Virus record (IMG/VR): IMGVR_UViG_3300030095_006992
Coordinates: 1 to 44,110 of that record
Reading direction: 5' to 3' (one strand)
DNA from: a virus
Lineage: Duplodnaviria > Caudoviricetes
Length of the DNA stretch: 44,110 bases
Shown one piece after another: positions 1-8,746 of the stretch; positions within the stretch are counted from its first letter, which is position 1; each line of letters begins with the position of its first letter. Below the pieces are notes generated by a model, which was not told the origin of the DNA, made no database searches, and worked only from the letters and a program-made list of their open reading frames with translations. The position numbers and the translations under genes were made by a program.

Positions 1-906
1 GAACTGACACAGCACCTGATCAACCTGCTGCACCAGAACATCAACCCATGGCACAGGGACTGGACAACCTTCTTTGGTAAAGGTCCACATCGCAACCTCG
101 ACTCAGGCCATGAGTACAGCGGCAGCAACCCAGCCATCCTTGAATTGTGGACAGCTCTGCGCTACTACAGTCATCCACTATGGATCGGTGCAGGCCAGGC
201 CAGGAAGCACAACTGGATGCCACGTAAAGGTTCCAAGGGTTGCGCGATCATGTTGCCCGTGAAGATCACCTACCGAAAACGTGATCAAGACGGCAAGGAA
301 CTGAAGGACAATGACGGCAACGCAATAATGGGCAGCTTTGCCACCTTCAAGTACAACAAGATCTTCAACGTTCAGGACATCCACGGTGTCACTGAAGAAG
401 CAGAAGCCAAATTAAAGGAGAAGATCCGCCAGGAGTGTGAGTCATTCACTCCACTTGAACCCACAGCTCGTCTTGAAAGAGCTGAGAGGGTGCTCGGTGC
501 ATGGTCCGTACCAACGACATGGTCAGGTAATAAGGCCTTCTACAGCCCGAGCGACGACCGGATCACAATGCCCGGTCAGGATCAATTCCTTACTAGTGAG
601 GGCATGTATTCAACGTGGGCGCACGAACAACTCCACTCCACTGGTCACAAGTCACGGCTCAATCGTGAGATGGGCGGCGGATTTGATTCTATTACCTACG
701 CCAGGGAGGAACTTGTTGCTGAACTAGGCGCATTCTTAGTTTGCAACAGGTTACAAATCAGCAGCGATGTTCTCAATCATGCTGCATATCTGAAACACTG
801 GATCGAGGTACTGAAGGAGAGCCCTGATGCACTCCGGAAATGCTTGTCCGACGCCAGTAAAGCAGCCAATCTGCTCTGCAATGTCGAGGAGGAGAACCCT
901 ATGTAA
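1..906 (+). CDS. ardC: ArdC-like antirestriction protein (ArdC N-terminal ssDNA-binding domain + zincin-like metallopeptidase domain), 5'-truncated by window edge
   Basis: Frame 1 is open from base 1: ...INPWHRDW...PHRNLDSGHEYSGSNPAIL...; later AFYSPSDDRITMP, HEQLHSTGHKSRLNR (HExxH) and YAREELVAELGA are hallmark ArdC motifs. Confidence 0.88.
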   Translation, partial: ELTQHLINLLHQNINPWHRDWTTFFGKGPHRNLDSGHEYSGSNPAILELWTALRYYSHPLWIGAGQARKHNWMPRKGSKGCAIMLPVKITYRKRDQDGKELKDNDGNAIMGSFATFKYNKIFNVQDIHGVTEEAEAKLKEKIRQECESFTPLEPTARLERAERVLGAWSVPTTWSGNKAFYSPSDDRITMPGQDQFLTSEGMYSTWAHEQLHSTGHKSRLNREMGGGFDSITYAREELVAELGAFLVCNRLQISSDVLNHAAYLKHWIEVLKESPDALRKCLSDASKAANLLCNVEEENPM

Positions 907-955
907 ATGACAAAGGTGTCCCTCCACTACCAAAGCCCTTATCTATTCATCAGAA

Positions 956-1411
956 ATGACTAACACAACAACAACTAAATCCAAAAGCGCAAGCCTGGTC
1001 CCCATCCCAGGCGCAACAATCGTCACAACACCTAAGCGTGGTCCTGGCCGTCCCCGTAAGAATCCCGTCGTCTCACCTGCACCAGTCGCTGATCCGGTGA
1101 TGGCGATGGTCGAGGACTATCGAAATTTACAGCGCAAGATCAAGGCTTTCAATGAGGAGCTGGGACCAATCAAAGATGCGCTCACTCGTCATCTTGTCGC
1201 AGGTGAAGAAGACAAGATCGAACTGGCCGATGGCAGCTATGTCATCAGTAAGGTCATGACAGCTCAGTGGACTTACTCCGAGAAGCTTGAGGCCAAGCGA
1301 ATCAAGCTCGAGGAACAAAAGCTTGACCTTAAGAATGCAGAAAAGAAAGAGCAACTAAATGGCATCGCATCTGCCACCTTCAGTGCACACGTTCGCGGAA
1401 GGGCTAAGTGA
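956..1411 (+). CDS. Hypothetical protein with AT-hook-like motif and coiled coil
   Basis: PKRGPGRPRK motif in a disordered N-terminus, then a helical segment; overlaps the next ORF by 4 nt. Confidence 0.7.
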   Translation: MTNTTTTKSKSASLVPIPGATIVTTPKRGPGRPRKNPVVSPAPVADPVMAMVEDYRNLQRKIKAFNEELGPIKDALTRHLVAGEEDKIELADGSYVISKVMTAQWTYSEKLEAKRIKLEEQKLDLKNAEKKEQLNGIASATFSAHVRGRAK

Positions 1412-1842
1412 TGATTATTTCTTTTCACGAATTCATCAAAGCAGATGAGGAGTGGGACAACTATGACGCTGCGTGTTCCACTTATCACGAGGCTGCTCAA
1501 TACTCATACCAAAGACAAAACAAATATGTTTATGAATGGATGAAATGGAACTCCTGTAAAGGAGCTCTAGAACACTTCAATATGCATCTCAATGACAGCG
1601 GCGACATGTCATTTACCGGGCTTAACCACGAGCTCTGCGGTGAATGGATAGCTGACGGTGCAGAAACATTCGAAAACAGGATGGCTGCTGCCCTAGTCTT
1701 GGCTGGTAAAGCCGCAGAAGAGTGGATTGAAAATAATAATATCTACGAACGTAATGTCGTTTATCGAGAAGCACGTGAACAACATCTATTAAAGATATAC
1801 GAGAACCAAAAGGCTGAAGAACGGAAGGAGAAAGCCCAATGA
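1408..1842 (+). CDS. Hypothetical phage protein
   Basis: 144-aa ORF with 4-nt start/stop overlaps on both sides. Confidence 0.7.
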   Translation: MMIISFHEFIKADEEWDNYDAACSTYHEAAQYSYQRQNKYVYEWMKWNSCKGALEHFNMHLNDSGDMSFTGLNHELCGEWIADGAETFENRMAAALVLAGKAAEEWIENNNIYERNVVYREAREQHLLKIYENQKAEERKEKAQ

Positions 1843-2177
1843 ACAAAGGACTCCGTTACTTCCCAGACACTCCTGTTAATCAATCGATCGGGATCGTCGG
1901 CAAGCTCATGTACTGGCACCCGTATGCACTCCGTCATGTGATGCGAGAAGTAGCTTCTCGTTATCCCATTACCTACCGCAAGGTTGGCGAATCGCTAGCA
2001 GCTAAGGATTTTGATCTACAAGGTAAAAGTTCAAAAGCGGAGACCTACAAGATGATGGTGGCGATCTTGGCTTTGATGCCGCCTCATGTGATCCCTTTCG
2101 GCCCGATGGGTAACGACACTCCCTGGGGTGAACTTGACTGGACCTCATTCCTCACAGATCTCCGAGCAAAACAATGA
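1839..2177 (+). CDS. Hypothetical phage protein
   Basis: 112-aa ORF, ATGA-coupled to neighbours. Confidence 0.7.
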   Translation: MNKGLRYFPDTPVNQSIGIVGKLMYWHPYALRHVMREVASRYPITYRKVGESLAAKDFDLQGKSSKAETYKMMVAILALMPPHVIPFGPMGNDTPWGELDWTSFLTDLRAKQ

Positions 2178-2695
2178 CACGATCAAACAACGATGAATTT
2201 CAAGACCGGGTGGAAGAAGCAGCCAATCTTCTATCTGAGGGCTGGCCGGGCCGACGCATCGTCAAGGCGCTGACAGACAAGTACGTGGTCTCGCCACAAT
2301 CAGCACGCTCTTATGTCCGCAATGGCCGCGAGCTACTGGTCGAAGCAGTGGCTCCTCAGGATCGTGCCTTCATGTTTGCCCAGGTCTTGGCTGGGCTCCA
2401 GCAGGATCGTCTGGATGCAAAGGAGGCTGGCAACATCTCTGCTCAAGTCGGTGCCTCCAAAGCAATGGTGAATCACCTGAAACAGATTGCACACATCGAT
2501 CCGATGCGTGACTGGGAACAAGCTTTTGTTGAAGCTGCTGCTTACTCATCAAAAGGAAACATCCCAAGAATACGTGTGAAGAAGCACGACCAAGAAGTCG
2601 TAATGCAGCAGACCATCGAAAACCTGGGTTACCAGACTGATCCCATTACTGGAGTAGACATCGGCGAAGAATTTATCAAGAACTTTCACGACTGA
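2174..2695 (+). CDS. HTH-like DNA-binding protein
   Basis: RVEEAANLLSEGWPGRRIVKALTDKYVVSPQSARSYVRNGRELL fits an N-terminal helix-turn-helix pattern. Confidence 0.6.
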   Translation: MTRSNNDEFQDRVEEAANLLSEGWPGRRIVKALTDKYVVSPQSARSYVRNGRELLVEAVAPQDRAFMFAQVLAGLQQDRLDAKEAGNISAQVGASKAMVNHLKQIAHIDPMRDWEQAFVEAAAYSSKGNIPRIRVKKHDQEVVMQQTIENLGYQTDPITGVDIGEEFIKNFHD

Positions 2696-2959
2696 TCACT
2701 GGGGCGGAGCCGGGATGTCATTTTTCCGACTATCACGCTGCCTTTGACACGCAAGCCACTACTCGGACCATGCGGTGGGCGGAGCTTCCTTCTCTTTGCC
2801 TCTGTCTTAGAGATCCCCAGGTTCCCATCGAGGAATGCAGGTGGCTCCAAGGTCTGAAGAAGTTCCTATAAGGCCTGCATCAAGCGTGTGCTCGTAAGTC
2901 CCCCACCCTTTCATCTCTCCTGTTATCCAATGTCACCATTCCCAAAAGCAGTCAACCCA

Positions 2960-3217
2960 ATGCCCAAACAAAATCGAGAGTTTGAGATAGGTGATCGTGC
3001 TGTCAGTGAGGCAGAGAAGTTCAAACATGGCACGGTCGTAGGCAAGGAACAGCGTAAACAACGCGCCAGAAGCACAAAGAAGGGATACTCAACATGTTCC
3101 TATCTAAAAGTGAAAGGGGACATAAGATCGGTTGCCGAATCGGTCATGCAATTTAGAGTGATATCCGAGTCTGAACTTGAGATGCAGCTCGAATTGTTTT
3201 ACCACGAGACTGATTGA
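2960..3217 (+). CDS. Hypothetical protein
   Basis: ATG at 2960 (MPKQNREFEIGDRAV...), stop overlaps the thyX start. Confidence 0.6.
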   Translation: MPKQNREFEIGDRAVSEAEKFKHGTVVGKEQRKQRARSTKKGYSTCSYLKVKGDIRSVAESVMQFRVISESELEMQLELFYHETD

Positions 3218-3858
3218 TGAAACTGCGTGACAACTGCAGCCTGGTCTGGGCCACCCCAGATGCAGAGAAGCTAATCATCAAGATGGCGAGGGTCAGCGCA
3301 CCAGAAAACGAAGACAACCTAGAGACAGGGCCACGCCTTCTCAAATACTTGATCCGTCACAAGCACTGGTCACCTTTTGAGATGGGGAACATGTGCGTCG
3401 AGATTCACACTCAGAGAGATATCAGCGCTCAGCTCTGTAGACATAGATCCTTCACCTTTCAGGAATGTTCACAACGTTACGCGGAAACACCAAAAGGTAT
3501 TCTTCCAAAGTTTCGTAGACAGGACAGCCGCAATCGTCAGAACTCAATTGATGATCTGACTGAGGATCAGCAGGACATGCTCGAGTCGCTTACGTACAAG
3601 CACATTCAAGACGGACATGATCTGTACAAAACCATGCTCAAGATGGGCGTTGCTAAGGAGACAGCAAGGCGTCACCTCCCTATATGCAGCCCGACACGCC
3701 TTTACATGAATGGAACGATCCGTTCCTGGGTTCATTACCTTGATCTCCGTACTGATCCGAGCACCCAGTACGAGCACAGACTAATTGCCAACCAGGCAAA
3801 GAGCATCTTCCAACATCAATTCCCAACCATCTCTGAGGCACTTTGGTATGAAACCTGA
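3214..3858 (+). CDS. thyX: Flavin-dependent thymidylate synthase ThyX
   Basis: HWSPFE, RHRSFTFQECSQRY (RHRx7S signature), GVAKETAR, LRTDPSTQYEHR. Confidence 0.96.
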   Translation: MMKLRDNCSLVWATPDAEKLIIKMARVSAPENEDNLETGPRLLKYLIRHKHWSPFEMGNMCVEIHTQRDISAQLCRHRSFTFQECSQRYAETPKGILPKFRRQDSRNRQNSIDDLTEDQQDMLESLTYKHIQDGHDLYKTMLKMGVAKETARRHLPICSPTRLYMNGTIRSWVHYLDLRTDPSTQYEHRLIANQAKSIFQHQFPTISEALWYET

Positions 3859-4252
3859 AAACCTGCGCGATCTCGTTCCCTGTGAAAAGTGCGGGCGCAG
3901 CTCCAAAGTTATAGAGAGTCGCAGAGTAGACATGTCCAACTCGAGGCGAAGACGCTTTGAGTGCACGAGCTGTGGTCACAGGTGGACTCGTTATGAAGTA
4001 TCAGCTGCTTTCTACACTCAATCTATTGAGAACGAACGTGTCTTCCAGCAGTTAAAACTATATATGGATCAGAAGTCCGAAGTTGTAAACAAACATACCA
4101 ATGATTGCAGCACCTGTGAATACAACGATGGAATGAAATGCAGCTTCGCTTTGCCCGAGTTCTACACAGAAGAGGCTAAAGATTGCACTTATTACGCGAT
4201 CAAGAAATGCAAAACATCCCCTGGGAAACGAAGTTTATCAGCTTCAGCGTAG
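3848..4252 (+). CDS. NrdR-like N-terminal Zn-ribbon protein lacking the ATP-cone, with a second Cys cluster
   Basis: CEKCG..SKVIESR...RRRRFECTSCGHRWTRYE matches the NrdR Zn ribbon; C-terminal CSTC...C...C. Confidence 0.75.
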   Translation: MKPENLRDLVPCEKCGRSSKVIESRRVDMSNSRRRRFECTSCGHRWTRYEVSAAFYTQSIENERVFQQLKLYMDQKSEVVNKHTNDCSTCEYNDGMKCSFALPEFYTEEAKDCTYYAIKKCKTSPGKRSLSASA

Positions 4253-4296
4253 CCTTCTTCTTGTTGTTGTTGTATGTTGGCGCATTTATTACATGA
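4207..4296 (+). CDS. Possible 29-aa membrane peptide
   Basis: MQNIPWETKFISFSVAFFLLLLYVGAFIT read manually; single hydrophobic helix. Confidence 0.35.
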   Translation: MQNIPWETKFISFSVAFFLLLLYVGAFIT

Positions 4297-4511
4297 TTAA
4301 GAACGACGGAATTTAACCAAACCCTGACATTTGTGCTAATTTGGATTATCTTTCGATTTAATCAATCGTTAGATGCCATGAAACCCTTATGGACTCATGG
4401 TGCATTACCCTGTCAATGGAAGCAGGTTAGGGAGTGTCAGCGCGTGAGCGGCTCCTATTCCAAAATACTTTCGTTTAAGGTAATTTACTTTCGTTTTCGG
4501 CGCCCCCCCCT

Positions 4512-4667
4512 ATGGATAAGGAGAAGTTGCGAGAAGAAATCCTTGAAAGTATCTATAAAGACTATGCCGATCGTGAAGTGATGCCACACTACGGTCTGAT
4601 TCCTGACTGGTTTCTAAGGTATAAAGACCTCAGTAAATTAGTTATCGAGTACCTCAATACACCATGA
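4512..4667 (+). CDS. Small hypothetical protein (51 aa)
   Basis: Read manually: MDKEKLREEILESIYKDYADREVMPHYGLIPDWFLRYKDLSKLVIEYLNTP. Confidence 0.5.
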   Translation: MDKEKLREEILESIYKDYADREVMPHYGLIPDWFLRYKDLSKLVIEYLNTP

Positions 4668-4672
4668 TTAAA

Positions 4673-4828
4673 TCAATGCTCTGCATCTTCTTCGCTGCAG
4701 CCAATTAACTTGCACGCCATATCACGCCCCTCTTTGACGTCTTGCAGTACAGCCAAGTTGTACTTGGTCTTCTCGCGGAGCTGACGCTTCTTCTGCGCTG
4801 TCACATGTTGGATGAAAGCAGGTTTCAT
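4673..4828 (-). CDS. Small hypothetical protein (51 aa)
   Basis: Read manually: MKPAFIQHVTAQKKRQLREKTKYNLAVLQDVKEGRDMACKLIGCSEEDAEH; converges neatly on the previous ORF. Confidence 0.45.
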   Translation of the reverse strand: MKPAFIQHVTAQKKRQLREKTKYNLAVLQDVKEGRDMACKLIGCSEEDAEH

Positions 4829-4909
4829 TTTATTCGGTAGCTATCTGTATATAGCAAGCATAGCGCCGGGATTTCCGTAGGAGAATAGATATATCAATCG
4901 GATCTCCTT

Positions 4910-5218
4910 ATGAAGTACAACATCTGGAATGCTGTTGCTTACGAAGTGACAGTGATGCTGATCAACTTCGATACTCGTTGGATGAACAACCCTATCATCA
5001 ACATGATCCGCTCACACAGTTTTAAAGATTGGTGCGAATGGAAGACAGAGAAAACCATGGAGGATGTGGACGCCCAGATCGAAGCCCTGCACATACTGTG
5101 GGGTCGAGAAGACGATGACTGGGATGAGTTGATTGTTAAGACTGATTCAGAAACAAGGACAACCTTTGGCTACACGCTGGAAAGTGATGCAGACTTTGAT
5201 GAATCCAAGGATTACTAA
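4910..5218 (+). CDS. Hypothetical cyanophage protein
   Basis: 102-aa ORF preceded by an AGAATAGATATATC motif. Confidence 0.7.
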   Translation: MKYNIWNAVAYEVTVMLINFDTRWMNNPIINMIRSHSFKDWCEWKTEKTMEDVDAQIEALHILWGREDDDWDELIVKTDSETRTTFGYTLESDADFDESKDY

Positions 5219-5233
5219 ATTAAACTATTCCTG

Positions 5234-5509
5234 ATGAACCTCCACTCGTTCGCAATTGTAAAGATGAAAGAAGATTGCCACGTTGAAAAACGCTTTCAGT
5301 CAGTCATCCAGACTCTCGACACTGCTTACAGGTGTCTCGAAGACCTGATGGATGATCCGATCTTCCTGGACACCATCCACGGAGAACAGGAATTGGCGCT
5401 TGATCAGGCGCTAGAACTGATCGACAACATTAAATACAGCTTCGAACCGGAGTACATATCACAGCCTGTGAAGGAGGCCGACCGGTTCGGCAACGCTGAT
5501 GTAAGCTAA
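5234..5509 (+). CDS. Hypothetical protein
   Basis: 91-aa ORF, acidic and helical. Confidence 0.6.
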   Translation: MNLHSFAIVKMKEDCHVEKRFQSVIQTLDTAYRCLEDLMDDPIFLDTIHGEQELALDQALELIDNIKYSFEPEYISQPVKEADRFGNADVS

Positions 5510-5531
5510 GGCTGTTCTTCAAATAAAAGAG

Positions 5532-5723
5532 ATGGCACTCTTTATTCCCGACAGCCAGCTGCGTGATATGCAGCAACACTACGCTGCACAACAACTCCTA
5601 GGCGGAACTCGACGTCCTGATCAGGATGGCGCTTTGATGAAAAGTGTCGCCGCAAGCATCCTGTTAAGCTCCTCTGCAGCTGTCATCAATGACGACTGGC
5701 TGGACGACGGTCTGATGTTCTAA
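5532..5723 (+). CDS. Hypothetical protein
   Basis: 63-aa ORF in a co-directional run. Confidence 0.5.
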   Translation: MALFIPDSQLRDMQQHYAAQQLLGGTRRPDQDGALMKSVAASILLSSSAAVINDDWLDDGLMF

Positions 5724-5875
5724 CCTTAAACATTTTTTTCGGTTTAGGCACAGCAGCCATTGTTACCGTAAGGAGTGCACACTCCAGTGGTAGCAATGGT
5801 TTTTTTAATGCAAACAACGTTGCATGGTGTAAGAGTATGCCCCTCATAATTAGATACGCGAACGAGATATCTGCA

Positions 5876-6049
5876 ATGAAAGCAGCGACCAGCACGGTGC
5901 AAGGCACCACCTTGGCATGGGCCGTCCTAAGCCAAAACCAGGCCACCGGTAGATCCGAAGTGGTGAAAGTGACAGGGCACGAAGAAGCTGATGCTTTCGT
6001 GCAGAACAATCCGGACGTGTACTATAAGTCTGGCCCGTTTGTAGTCTGA
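5876..6049 (+). CDS. Hypothetical protein
   Basis: MKAATSTVQG...YYKSGPFVV; start uncertain (5837 or 5876). Confidence 0.55.
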   Translation: MKAATSTVQGTTLAWAVLSQNQATGRSEVVKVTGHEEADAFVQNNPDVYYKSGPFVV

Positions 6050-6115
6050 GGCTTAAGACTGTCTTAGCGATTGGGTCGACTTGGTTTGCTAACTTAGAGG
6101 TGCTGAAAAAACCTA

Positions 6116-6304
6116 ATGCATTCTTCTGCCATTTCATCTTGGGTGGTGCTCATTTACCACGTTGATCAAGACGCACACGCAGCGCACTTCCCCAGCATTG
6201 ATAAGGCGGAAAACTTCGCCAACGACTTGAGGGTCGCTAGCACCTTATGTGTAAGCGAACCTATGCCTATCACTGCAGCCAACGACTTGAGGTTGACAGT
6301 TTAG
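6116..6304 (+). CDS. Hypothetical protein
   Basis: 62-aa ORF followed by a terminator. Confidence 0.55.
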   Translation: MHSSAISSWVVLIYHVDQDAHAAHFPSIDKAENFANDLRVASTLCVSEPMPITAANDLRLTV

Positions 6305-6327
6305 AGAACACTTTCATAACGAGAAGA

Positions 6328-6358
6328 GCATGCTATCTTATGGGTAGCATGTTTTTTT
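6328..6358 (+). terminator. Rho-independent terminator
   Basis: GCATGCTATCT-TAT-GGGTAGCATGT hairpin followed by a T tract. Confidence 0.7.
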
Positions 6359-6363
6359 ATGTT

Positions 6364-6615
6364 GTGGCAGTAGTTCTCAGTGTATCTGTGCCCGAAGCTT
6401 TGCATACAAAGTGGAAGGAGTCTGAAGTAAGAATCAGCCCATCGGCACTATTTCAAACTGCCCTAGAAACTGAACTGGATAAAACGAATCGTCATCTCGT
6501 CTACTGGAGTACTCGTGCGCTCAACGCCGAGAAGAAACTTAAGATGATCGATAGCTTAATCACTGCCAAAGACAAAGACGTAAAAAAATTCTTACTTTTT
6601 GAAAGTGATTCTTGA
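6364..6615 (+). CDS. Ribbon-helix-helix-like (CcdA/Arc-type) small DNA-binding protein
   Basis: VVLSVSVPEALHTKWKESEVRISPSALFQTALETEL shows a beta-alpha-alpha pattern; GTG start just after the terminator. Confidence 0.5.
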   Translation: MAVVLSVSVPEALHTKWKESEVRISPSALFQTALETELDKTNRHLVYWSTRALNAEKKLKMIDSLITAKDKDVKKFLLFESDS

Positions 6616-6659
6616 TATAGAAGTTTGAGTCTAGAATAAATACAATCTGGAAAAAGTCA

Positions 6660-6857
6660 ATGCCTGAGACTGAAAGCATCCAGCGATACTTTCCACTAAT
6701 CAAGAGCAACGCTGAAAAACTTTTTATTGCATCAACACTCGATGCTCTTGTAGAAAAAGGTTACCTTCCAATAGACACAACTCAGGCTGCTTTTATTAGA
6801 ATTTGCTTCTCCAGGGGTCTGAATGAATACATGAAGGAGCTGGTAGTAGATGAGTGA
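6660..6857 (+). CDS. Hypothetical protein
   Basis: 65-aa ORF with an upstream TAGAAT -10-like element. Confidence 0.6.
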   Translation: MPETESIQRYFPLIKSNAEKLFIASTLDALVEKGYLPIDTTQAAFIRICFSRGLNEYMKELVVDE

Positions 6858-6950
6858 AGTAGATAAATCTCTGATTGAATAACTGCTACGGCAAAGACTA
6901 CGATCCCTTAGGATCAATTATGAAAAAGACCTACGTTTACATTAAATCCA

Positions 6951-7385
6951 ATGATGGATAATAACCCCAAACTGACTATTCTCTTAGGTAAAACAGTCAG
7001 CTCGGTCGGTGAGGCGTGCCCCACGGCAACGACTGATATCAAAGAGAACATCAAGAACCGAGACTGGACCATCAAGAGCTTTGGCTATGGTCCCCTCAAT
7101 CCTGATGCACCAGACCCCGGCTTCTGGGAGAAGAAAGCAGAGCTGTGGAAGAGTGACGTGGATACAGTGAAGACCGCTCGATGCGGTAATTGTGCAGCAT
7201 TTGATCAGACATCAAAGATCCTCGATTGCATGATCGAAGGTATCAACGAAAACAAGGCAGCCGATCCCTACGACGTGCAGGACCTAGCCAACCTTGGTTA
7301 CTGTCAGCTCTTCAAGTTCAAATGTGCTGCAGCACGGACTTGCGATGCATGGTTGCATGGTGGTCCGATCACTGACTGCGTCTAA
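6951..7385 (+). CDS. Cys-rich hypothetical phage protein (putative metal-binding)
   Basis: ACPTAT...GYGPLNP...ARCGNCAAF...GYCQLFKFKCAAARTCDAW. Confidence 0.75.
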   Translation: MMDNNPKLTILLGKTVSSVGEACPTATTDIKENIKNRDWTIKSFGYGPLNPDAPDPGFWEKKAELWKSDVDTVKTARCGNCAAFDQTSKILDCMIEGINENKAADPYDVQDLANLGYCQLFKFKCAAARTCDAWLHGGPITDCV

Positions 7386-8048
7386 TCACACTGACTTTTT
7401 CTTCATAAACCCCTCTTCTTCCAACCATTCTCCAGTAAGATCCGTAGGTGTGTAGTACTCCCACATCTTCTTAGGACCTGCACAAATTTCAAGTGCATCT
7501 TTAGTTTTATCTTCAACATACATTGCCCACATTGCTTCAGCTTCGAACGGTAACACGTGCTCAGGATACGTTTTCTCTGCACCACGACGGATCCAATCAG
7601 GTACATCCTCCTCTGGGAAGATTAGAGCTGTAAAAGTATTATTCAAAGTCCCTGCCATACAGTCCTGAGCCATGTGCCATCCTTCATGACGGATGACTTG
7701 AATCAACTTGCTAGGCTGATCCAGATAGAACTTGTTCAAAAATATGTTGTTGAAACGCACGTCATAGACCCCACGCATCTGCATCGCGAAATACTTGTCA
7801 TCTGCTAAGTAGAGGGTGGCGCCGACCTTATTCAGTGCAGCAATGATGCCATCAAGTTCGGCGTCAGCAATACTGTATTTAGGTCCAAGATCTGACCAGG
7901 TAGTCACCTCAACGACTTCTTCTGTACATTCTCGGAGCATCATGCAGCCGACAGAGTCAAAGCTTCTCCAGCTCTTGACCTTATCTTCAGCAAGCACAGG
8001 CGAAGCTAATGCGGCAGCCGCAAATACAGAAGCAAGAAACTTTTTCAT
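7386..8048 (-). CDS. Secreted zincin-like (HExxH) protein
   Basis: Signal peptide MKKFLASVFAAAALASPVLA; IRHEGWHMAQDC and downstream EAEA. Confidence 0.75.
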   Translation of the reverse strand: MKKFLASVFAAAALASPVLAEDKVKSWRSFDSVGCMMLRECTEEVVEVTTWSDLGPKYSIADAELDGIIAALNKVGATLYLADDKYFAMQMRGVYDVRFNNIFLNKFYLDQPSKLIQVIRHEGWHMAQDCMAGTLNNTFTALIFPEEDVPDWIRRGAEKTYPEHVLPFEAEAMWAMYVEDKTKDALEICAGPKKMWEYYTPTDLTGEWLEEEGFMKKKSV

Positions 8049-8085
8049 ACAGATCTTTTAAAAAAGATGCCTTACTTTAATCGTG

Positions 8086-8304
8086 TCAACCTTGGCCCAT
8101 CTTTCTTTTTTCAGCTTTACTCACAGCCTTACGTGCTTTTTTTGCACGGTCGGTATTCTCAACGAACTGCTTACCCTTGCGACTCTCGCGCTTCTTCTTA
8201 TCGTCCGTCTTCTTACGCTCAGACTTTGACATAGCAGCCCATGCCTTCTCAGGGAGGTAACGCTCAGTCGACTTCCTACCAGGTTCGATTGCTTTGTCAG
8301 CCAT
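8086..8304 (-). CDS. DUF5872-like C-terminal half
   Basis: ERYLPEKAWAAMSKSERKKTDDKKKRESRKGKQFVENT. Confidence 0.65.
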   Translation of the reverse strand: MADKAIEPGRKSTERYLPEKAWAAMSKSERKKTDDKKKRESRKGKQFVENTDRAKKARKAVSKAEKRKMGQG

Positions 8305-8428
8305 TTTCTTTTGCTTTTTTCAGCGTGCTCAAAATTAAGCCAAGTTTCTTGGCTTGTTTAGCATGCATACGCGAAGCCTTCTCAAGCTCACTAATGATCG
8401 CATTAATTTTGGAGTGGACTTCAGTCAT
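8297..8428 (-). CDS. Small basic protein (43 aa)
   Basis: Read manually: MTEVHSKINAIISELEKASRMHAKQAKKLGLILSTLKKAKENG; overlaps both neighbours by 8 nt. Confidence 0.55.
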   Translation of the reverse strand: MTEVHSKINAIISELEKASRMHAKQAKKLGLILSTLKKAKENG

Positions 8429-8672
8429 CCTTCTTCTTTTCATAGTCTTTTCGAGTCATCCACTTCTCTTTCCCCCAGCGTTTGAGATCTTTCTGCTTTT
8501 CGCTCTTGCCTCCTTTGTAGCCTCCGCCTTTCTCCTTATAAGCTTTGGCTAACATTTGGGCTTTGCGAGCAGACCACTGACCAGATTTACCACCTTTGGT
8601 GCCTGAGATGATGCGGTTCTTAATTCGCTCACGTAGATCAGGCTTGGTGTACTTGGAATCATCTTGTGCCAT
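8421..8672 (-). CDS. DUF5872-like N-terminal half
   Basis: YTKPDLRERIK...GTKGGKSGQWSARKAQMLAKAYKEKGGGY...QKDLKRWGKEKW. Confidence 0.75.
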   Translation of the reverse strand: MAQDDSKYTKPDLRERIKNRIISGTKGGKSGQWSARKAQMLAKAYKEKGGGYKGGKSEKQKDLKRWGKEKWMTRKDYEKKKDD

Positions 8673-8698
8673 CTTTATATCATAAATTAAGCACACAC

Positions 8699-8728
8699 AA
8701 AAAAGCCTGGATCATCAAGACCCAGGCT
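8699..8728 (-). terminator. Rho-independent terminator
   Basis: AGCCTGG/CCAGGCT stem with an A6 run on the + strand (U tract on -), just after the 8747..9109 gene. Confidence 0.6.
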
Positions 8729-8746
8729 GATAAGTTCCTGTGTGAA

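Noticed and set aside
6218-6292. 15-bp direct repeat GCCAACGACTTGAGG, 60 bp apart
   Set aside because: Only two copies, in frame within a small ORF (ANDLR twice); probably an internal duplication.
6247-6363. N-terminal extension of ORF 6247..6615
   Set aside because: It spans a terminator hairpin and overlaps the upstream ORF; GTG at 6364 is the more plausible start.
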